A program made the translations under genes and the position numbers. Below are positions 57,631 to 64,000 of a stretch of 64,000 nt of DNA, piece after piece; position 1 is the first letter of the stretch; each line of letters opens with the position of its first letter. The notes under the pieces were generated by a model that saw only the letters and a program-made list of their open reading frames with translations, had not been told where the DNA came from and searched no databases. Where the stretch lies: the IMG/VR virus record IMGVR_UViG_3300034272_002779. One strand, written 5' to 3'. Source of the stretch: an uncultured virus (IMG/VR IMGVR_UViG_3300034272_002779) (Duplodnaviria > Heunggongvirae > Uroviricota > Caudoviricetes).

Positions 57631-58272
57631 ATGAAAATAAATTTACCCAACGTTACTCTAGTATCTATTACCTCGGTTAAGATAGAAGAGACGATAAAAT
57701 CAATAGAGAAATCTTGCTACGGTATAAACTTCGGAAGCGTTAAATTATTGACAAGCGAGGAGGTAAAATCTGGTTCTTTTGAAGTAATAAGAATACCTAA
57801 AATTGATTATGAAGGATATAGTAAATTTGTAGTTTATGACCTTCATAAATACATAGAAACTGAATTCGCACTAATAGTTCAGCACGATGGGTTTGTTACC
57901 TCACCTGATAAATGGGATCCTGATTTTTTAAAATATGACTATATCGGTGCACCTTTTCCGCTTCCTGAAGATGAATTTAGCTATCGGGATATGGAGGGTA
58001 ATATAGTAAGGGTCGGAAACGGTGGGTTCTCCTTGAGATCAAAAAAACTATTATCACTACCAACAAAACTTGATCTAGAATGGAAAAGCTATTTTGGGTA
58101 TCATAATGAGGATGGATTTTTCGTTTGTCATAATAGACACATTTTTGAAAAAGAGGGATGTATTTTTGCTCCTTTGGAAGTAGCTAAATATTTTTCCCAT
58201 GAGTCACAAATACCGGAAATAGAAAACATAATACCTTTTGGCTTTCATAAAAAAGGCTATATTCATCAGTAA
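57631..58272 (+). CDS. DUF5672-like glycosyltransferase
   Basis: Q.DG, YDYIGAP, VGNGGFSLRS, NED, PFGFH. Confidence 0.8.
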   Translation: MKINLPNVTLVSITSVKIEETIKSIEKSCYGINFGSVKLLTSEEVKSGSFEVIRIPKIDYEGYSKFVVYDLHKYIETEFALIVQHDGFVTSPDKWDPDFLKYDYIGAPFPLPEDEFSYRDMEGNIVRVGNGGFSLRSKKLLSLPTKLDLEWKSYFGYHNEDGFFVCHNRHIFEKEGCIFAPLEVAKYFSHESQIPEIENIIPFGFHKKGYIHQ

Positions 58273-58283
58273 TAAAAAAAATC

Positions 58284-58976
58284 ATGATAAAATACAACAA
58301 CTCACATTGGGAAACTCTTAAACATAAATTTCCCGGATCTGAATCAATAACCGAAAATTTCTCCCAAGCACACCAGGACTTATTTGTCCTTACTATGCTA
58401 GACGGTAAAAGAAATGGTACCTTTTTAGAAATAGGTGCTTTTGACGGTAAGTTTATAAGTAACACATTTCTTTTAGAAAAAGAATTCTCATGGAATGGGA
58501 TATCCATAGATATAGAAAGAAGCGCTCTAGATAGCTTTATCTCGCACGGAAGGAAAGCTGATTTTATATTACATGATGCTCTGGAATTGGATTATCAAAA
58601 AATACTGGAAGATAGATTCCCGGATGGACATATAGATTATCTGATGATCGATATAGAACCAACTGAGAATTCTTTAAAATGTCTTAAGAAAATTCCTCTC
58701 GATAAATTTAGATTCTCTGTCATAACCTACGAAACTGATTTTTATGATACCAACACTCCGGATGATCTAAAAATCTACATTAGGGATGAATCTAGGAGAA
58801 TATTGGAATCTAACGGGTATTTTCTAATGGCGGGTGACGTATCTAATACATCGGACGAATTCCCATTCGAAGATTGGTATGTCGATCCGGAATTGGTAAA
58901 TCCTGAGATCATCAAAAAATTCGAAATAAATAGGAATTATAATAAAACATCAGACAAGTATTTGATGCAAAAATAA
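58284..58976 (+). CDS. FkbM-like methyltransferase
   Basis: SQ..QD, FLEIGA, SNT..LE...W.G, IDYL.IDIE. Confidence 0.8.
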   Translation: MIKYNNSHWETLKHKFPGSESITENFSQAHQDLFVLTMLDGKRNGTFLEIGAFDGKFISNTFLLEKEFSWNGISIDIERSALDSFISHGRKADFILHDALELDYQKILEDRFPDGHIDYLMIDIEPTENSLKCLKKIPLDKFRFSVITYETDFYDTNTPDDLKIYIRDESRRILESNGYFLMAGDVSNTSDEFPFEDWYVDPELVNPEIIKKFEINRNYNKTSDKYLMQK

Positions 58977-59006
58977 GAAACACAACTATATTAAATAAAA
59001 TAAAAA

Positions 59007-59579
59007 ATGGAGCTAATTAATCAAATTTATCAAAACAAGTGTTACACGCCCTCTGATATAAACGAGCATCTTCCTGTATTAAAAAGATATGCGGAGGAGT
59101 GCGACATAGTAGTGGAAATGGGAGTAAGAAGCATAGTTTCTACCTGGGCTTTTCTTTCTGCAAGGCCAAAAAAACTGATATCCCTAGATATTGTACACCC
59201 CGGAGAATACATAAATCACGATCCGGAGGGATGTGATCTTGATCTAGTTAAAAAACTTTCGGACGAAAATGGAATAGATTTTACGTTTATCCTGGGTGAT
59301 AGCTTAAAGGGAAGTCCTATTGTATGTGATCTTCTTTTTATCGACACCCTACATGATTATGATCAATTAAAAGGGGAACTTGAGATCTATGCTTCTTCGT
59401 GTAGAAAGTATATAATTTTACACGATACTACACATTTTGCTGAGGAGGGAGAAACAAAAGGAAAGGCTGGGATATGGGGAGCTATAGTTGAGTTTCTTGA
59501 AAAAAACAAAGAGTGGGAAATAAAAGAAAGACTAACTAATAACAACGGCATGACTATTCTAAAAAATAAAGCATTATGA
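59007..59579 (+). CDS. class I SAM methyltransferase
   Basis: VEMGVR, DLLFIDT.H, ILHDT. Confidence 0.8.
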   Translation: MELINQIYQNKCYTPSDINEHLPVLKRYAEECDIVVEMGVRSIVSTWAFLSARPKKLISLDIVHPGEYINHDPEGCDLDLVKKLSDENGIDFTFILGDSLKGSPIVCDLLFIDTLHDYDQLKGELEIYASSCRKYIILHDTTHFAEEGETKGKAGIWGAIVEFLEKNKEWEIKERLTNNNGMTILKNKAL

Positions 59580-60361
59580 TAGAAAAAAATAAGGGCACTT
59601 TTGTTGTGCTACGCTCTGCTGGATTAGGCAACAGATTAAAATCGTACGTATCACATATGGCTAGATATGAAAATATTTTAGTCGAAAAACCAAGCGATGC
59701 AATCCTTTTTAAGAATTTTGGATTGGCTTCTGTAGATGATATCGAAAAATATCCACATACTGCAAGTGTTTGGCAATTGCTAGTTGATCCGGAAGAAGAA
59801 TCTTTTATACCAGAATATAAAACTATAGATTTCCTATATAACGATACACCAAAATATTTTATCGACAAATACCTACCTATTTGGCAATCACTTGAGTTTA
59901 GTGAAGACGTAATAAATACGGTAAATGCGGTATCAAAAAATTGGGATTTTGATAATTTAGTTGGGTTAAATATCCGAAGTGCAACACCTTGTTTTGGCAG
60001 AGATAAATTTGTTGATTATAATGGATTCGAAAGAGAAATAGATGATGAAAATGATATTTTTTTCATTGCGTCGGATAGTTTAGAAATTAAAAACTACTAT
60101 AAAGGAAAATATGGCGATAGATGTTTTATGTACGAAAGAGATAGAATAATAGATAGTGGTGTTACTGATGACTACGAGCAAAATCTACAGGCTTTAGTAG
60201 AAATGATATTATTATCTAAATGCAGTAAAAAATTAGTTGCATCGCTTGGTAGTTCATTTTCAGAATGTGCTTGGTGGTTAGGAAACTGTAAAGCAAAAGT
60301 TGTTTGCCCTGTTCATGAAATACCAGATGAATGGCGTAAACTACATATGATAAAAAAATAA
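59576..60361 (+). CDS. O-fucosyltransferase-like GT-B protein
   Basis: GLGNRL, GLNIR, FIASD, LSKC, SSFS. Confidence 0.7.
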   Translation: MIEKNKGTFVVLRSAGLGNRLKSYVSHMARYENILVEKPSDAILFKNFGLASVDDIEKYPHTASVWQLLVDPEEESFIPEYKTIDFLYNDTPKYFIDKYLPIWQSLEFSEDVINTVNAVSKNWDFDNLVGLNIRSATPCFGRDKFVDYNGFEREIDDENDIFFIASDSLEIKNYYKGKYGDRCFMYERDRIIDSGVTDDYEQNLQALVEMILLSKCSKKLVASLGSSFSECAWWLGNCKAKVVCPVHEIPDEWRKLHMIKK

Positions 60362-60376
60362 TAAATATAATCTAAA

Positions 60377-61318
60377 ATGATAGTAACAGAATTTTATAAC
60401 GGTCAGGGATTAGGAAACCAGCTATGGAATTACTTCGTTACTAAAATAGTTGCTCATAAGAAGGGATATGAGCATTCAGTAATGTCACCAGATAAATTTA
60501 AGGGTAATGAATTTCTACAAATCGATTTTGGAAAAGAAGTTTTAGGAGGTAACGGACCTGAAGGAGGTCCACCGTATTCATTACCTGATGGGATATCTCA
60601 TTATTATAAGGAGAAACACGTTAGTCACCCAAATGGACTAGACATTTCTAAAGCCGATGAAACTTTATTTAGGATAGCCGATAATACTAAAATAGACGGG
60701 AATCTCCAATCGTTTGAGTATATCAAGGATAGCAAAGAATTAATAAATTCCTGGATTAAAATAAAAGATGGGTTCTCGATATATGATTATTCAAAAGAAG
60801 ATGTTTGTATCATACATATTAGAGGGGGAGATTTTGCTGGTAGTACAGCTTTATTGAATTATGATTATTATCTAAAAGGAATGGAAAAAATGCTAGACCA
60901 TAATAAAAATATGGAGTTCTACATAATAACTGATGATGTCGGCTACTCTCGGTCAATGTTTCCTGATATAGAAATTATAGGAGGGTCTGCTTCCGGTAGA
61001 TCAGATCAAAATAAAGCATCACACCATATAGGAGGTCCAATATGGATGGATTGGTCTATTCTATATAATTGTAAAAATGCTATTATATCTGCTTCTAGTT
61101 TTAGCTTTTGGCCTGCTTGGTTAAATAAAAATGAAGCTAAAGTTGTAGCTCCTATGTACTGGGCAGATTATAAAAAAAGCGACGGATATTGGTCATGCTG
61201 GGATTCACTGATACCTGAATGGTCTTACGTAAACAGAGACGGGTCGGTTTATGAATACGAATATTGCAAAAAAGAAAGAGAAAAATACGAAAAAAACAAT
61301 CAATACCTTTGGGATTAA
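60377..61318 (+). CDS. alpha-1,2-fucosyltransferase (GT11)
   Basis: GLGNQL, HIRGGDF, TDD, SSFSFW.AWL. Confidence 0.88.
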   Translation: MIVTEFYNGQGLGNQLWNYFVTKIVAHKKGYEHSVMSPDKFKGNEFLQIDFGKEVLGGNGPEGGPPYSLPDGISHYYKEKHVSHPNGLDISKADETLFRIADNTKIDGNLQSFEYIKDSKELINSWIKIKDGFSIYDYSKEDVCIIHIRGGDFAGSTALLNYDYYLKGMEKMLDHNKNMEFYIITDDVGYSRSMFPDIEIIGGSASGRSDQNKASHHIGGPIWMDWSILYNCKNAIISASSFSFWPAWLNKNEAKVVAPMYWADYKKSDGYWSCWDSLIPEWSYVNRDGSVYEYEYCKKEREKYEKNNQYLWD

Positions 61319-61328
61319 AATTAAAAAT

Positions 61329-61937
61329 ATGAATTCATTTATTAATAACTACTTTTCTAGATTTATAGATACCCTTAATTCTATCGAAATTACGGATCGG
61401 GATAATAATTCTTTGCCACTAGAAAAATCAATAGAAACTATTCTAAATAAAATAGCGGATCTTTCGGATAAAGGAGGAAAGATAATGATGGTAGGAAACG
61501 GCGGAAGCGCTGGTATATGTGCTCACCAGACTACGGATTATCTAAAGAATGGGAAAATCAAATCCATGAATTTTAACGATCCATCCCTTCTAACATGTCT
61601 ATCTAATGATTTTTCTTTTCCTGAAGTCTTCTCTAAACCCATAGAGATTTTTTCAGAAAGAGATGATATTGTTTATTGTTTTAGCAGTTCCGGGAATTCT
61701 GAGAATATTCTGAATTCAGCTAAAGCTGCAAAGGAAAGAGGCTGCTTTGTTATTACCTTTTCTGGATTTGATCCTGATAATAAGCTCAAAAAACTAGGAG
61801 ACGTAAATTACTATCTAAATTCCCACTCGTATGGGCATGTAGAAATAATACACCTGTACATAAGTCATTTAATATTGGACTCTAAACTTTTCTTAAATGA
61901 TAAAATTGACGTATTTAATAAAAATTTGAATCTATAG
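61329..61937 (+). CDS. gmhA: sedoheptulose-7-phosphate isomerase (SIS)
   Basis: GNGGSA, ND, SSSGNS.NI, E..H. Confidence 0.85.
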   Translation: MNSFINNYFSRFIDTLNSIEITDRDNNSLPLEKSIETILNKIADLSDKGGKIMMVGNGGSAGICAHQTTDYLKNGKIKSMNFNDPSLLTCLSNDFSFPEVFSKPIEIFSERDDIVYCFSSSGNSENILNSAKAAKERGCFVITFSGFDPDNKLKKLGDVNYYLNSHSYGHVEIIHLYISHLILDSKLFLNDKIDVFNKNLNL

Positions 61938-61939
61938 GT

Positions 61940-62836
61940 ATGAAAATATACGACTGCTTTCCTTTCTTTTGTGAGCTTGATCTACTTGAGATAAGATTAA
62001 ATATACTGGATCCATACGTGGATTATTTTGTAATCAGAGAGTCCAATTTAGGTTTTGCTGGCAATCAGAAAAAATATTTCTTTGAAGAAAATAAACATCT
62101 CTTTAAAGATTTTTTACATAAAATTATCTACCTGAAGGTTGACAATAACCCAGATGATTTTTATAATCTTCCCTATGTGATTAATCCTCAGAATGAGGAT
62201 GAAATCTGTATGAATAAAATCTATGATTTTGTTAAGAATTCTAATAATTGGGAGAAACACGAAAAACATTGGGGCAGAGAATTTTTTCAAAGAGAATCCC
62301 TCCATCGGGGTCTATTAAAATGCGAAGATGATGATTTAATACTCTTTGGAGATCTGGACGAAATACCAAACCCTGAAATCTTAGAGAAAGTAATAAAATC
62401 ATACGAGTACGATAAAACTTATGTTTTTGAACAGAAAATGTATTACTATTATCTTAATCTCTTTAAGGAAGATCGGTGGAGAGGAACTATATTAACCTCA
62501 TATCGGTTTTTAAAGGATAAACCTCTTAATGATCTAAGATTACAAGGGAGAAGTTCAATCTCCGGGGTTTATCCCTTCGATGTATTGGAAAATTCAGGAT
62601 GGCACTTCAGTTATATGGGAGGGACAGATAGGGTAATATTTAAAATAGAATCCGGCGGACACCAGGAATTAAATACCACCCAAGTAAAAAGTAACGTTAG
62701 GGATAATATAGAAAATAAGAAAGATATATTTTTTAGAGGCTGTACTATGCAGGAAGTAGAAATAGACCAAACATATCCAGCATGGCTTTTGGCGAATATT
62801 CATAGATTTCCGCAATTACTAAATAACCAGGTATGA
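61940..62836 (+). CDS. GT17 (MGAT3-like) GlcNAc transferase
   Basis: YDCF.F..ELDLLEIRL, D.DEIP, GWHFSY. Confidence 0.88.
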   Translation: MKIYDCFPFFCELDLLEIRLNILDPYVDYFVIRESNLGFAGNQKKYFFEENKHLFKDFLHKIIYLKVDNNPDDFYNLPYVINPQNEDEICMNKIYDFVKNSNNWEKHEKHWGREFFQRESLHRGLLKCEDDDLILFGDLDEIPNPEILEKVIKSYEYDKTYVFEQKMYYYYLNLFKEDRWRGTILTSYRFLKDKPLNDLRLQGRSSISGVYPFDVLENSGWHFSYMGGTDRVIFKIESGGHQELNTTQVKSNVRDNIENKKDIFFRGCTMQEVEIDQTYPAWLLANIHRFPQLLNNQV

Positions 62837-63780
62837 TAATAAGTTCTTGTCCTCTAAGGATTTCTTTAGTTGGTGGATCTACCGATCATCCACACTTTTT
62901 AAAAAAATATAAAAGCGGGTCAGTTATAAGTTTTGCTTCCAGTTTAAAAGCATATACTATAGTACATAGGGATGTTATAGGTTATAACTCTTTATATAAC
63001 AAATATATTATTAATTATTCTGATAAGGAGTGTGTTAATAAAATATCAGACATTAAAAATGAGTTAGTTAGACACTGCTTCGAAGAGATGAATGTAAACG
63101 AGATTAATTGCTATCTCACTTCCGATGTTTTTTCCACAGGATCTGGACTGGCATCTTCCTCGTCTTATCTTATGTCCTTAATAAAATCTATATCGCATCT
63201 ACAGGGTAATGATTTGGATACGCATAGTATTTGTCAGCTGGCAAAAAAAATAGAAAAAAAATTTAACCCATTAGTAGGTGAACAGGATTTCTATGGAGGA
63301 TCATTAGGTAATTTAAAGCTTATTAATTTTTACGACGAAAAGCTTCCTCAAGTAGAAGAATTAAATGATGAGATATTTTCTTATTTTGATACCTATCTGT
63401 ACTACACTAACGTAAACAGGGAGTCGACCAATATATTAAAAACTATAGATATAGATAAAAGTTTACCCCTTTTGGAAGAGGTAAACAACCTAAATATAGC
63501 AATTAAAAATATCGACTTGGAACTCTTTTCTAAGACAATTAACAAATCCTGGGAGATTAAGAAAAAATTATCCCCTTTTATTTGTAAAGGAGATCTCGAA
63601 TCAATTGATATGGATATAATCTCTGACGAAAGAGTTTTAGCCCATAAATTATGCGGAGCTGGAGGGGGTGGATATTTTATAATGTTTACCGAAAAAAATC
63701 CTGTAAATATGGAAAGAGACTATCCAGGAATTAAAAAAATCAGCATATCAAAAGAAGGGATAGAATGCAAAGAAATATAG
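62833..63780 (+). CDS. GHMP heptose-7-phosphate kinase, HddA-like
   Basis: PLRISL.GG.TD, GSGLASSS, G.QD, GAGGGG. Confidence 0.88.
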   Translation: MIISSCPLRISLVGGSTDHPHFLKKYKSGSVISFASSLKAYTIVHRDVIGYNSLYNKYIINYSDKECVNKISDIKNELVRHCFEEMNVNEINCYLTSDVFSTGSGLASSSSYLMSLIKSISHLQGNDLDTHSICQLAKKIEKKFNPLVGEQDFYGGSLGNLKLINFYDEKLPQVEELNDEIFSYFDTYLYYTNVNRESTNILKTIDIDKSLPLLEEVNNLNIAIKNIDLELFSKTINKSWEIKKKLSPFICKGDLESIDMDIISDERVLAHKLCGAGGGGYFIMFTEKNPVNMERDYPGIKKISISKEGIECKEI

Positions 63781-63835
63781 ATAATATAGTGTTATCCAAC
63801 CAGATTTAAACTAATTAAGATCTAAATTCTTCGAT

Positions 63836-64000
63836 ATGATATACTGTTTCGATCTTGATAATACACTTTGCAAAACAATTGATAAGGACTATTCTGCATC
63901 AACCCCGATACAGGAAATGATCGACCGGGTAAATTATCTGTATGATAACGATCATGAAATTGTAATATTTACCGCTAGAGGAATGGGTAAATTTAAGGGC
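63836..64000 (+). CDS. HAD-family phosphatase, truncated at window end
   Basis: MIYCFDLDNTLC...IFTARG. Confidence 0.8.
   Translation, partial: MIYCFDLDNTLCKTIDKDYSASTPIQEMIDRVNYLYDNDHEIVIFTARGMGKFKG

Overview
This 64 kb, AT-rich window looks like part of a large (jumbo-type, T4-like) dsDNA phage that infects Bacteroidota. Support: TAnnTTTG-type promoters, A-rich starts without Shine-Dalgarno sites, a Bacteroidota-type sigma factor and bS21. Layout: (i) 1-17 kb: small orphan 'early' genes in repeated cassettes (terminator, CACCGT-N5-ACGGTG palindrome, host-type promoter, ATAACCAATTAAAA leader). (ii) Two GC-rich non-coding islands at ~17.4 and ~21.3 kb. (iii) About 22 unrelated proteins with a shared N-terminal tag resembling the T4 capsid-targeting sequence, mostly behind a (G/A)ATATATA late-type promoter; three are LRR-like paralogs. 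(iv) A tRNA array at 41.7-48.1 kb with 27 tRNAs for all 20 amino acids, atypical tRNA-like RNAs, candidate ncRNAs and boxA-like sites. (v) Collagen-like fibres, ClpC, bS21 and two glycan-synthesis clusters. Top finding: each of the two main tRNA blocks is preceded by a short leader ORF, an antiterminator and a terminator, and each leader's codons match the tRNAs directly downstream. This suggests ribosome-mediated attenuation that switches on phage tRNAs when those tRNAs are depleted. All calls were made by eye; no searches or folding were run.
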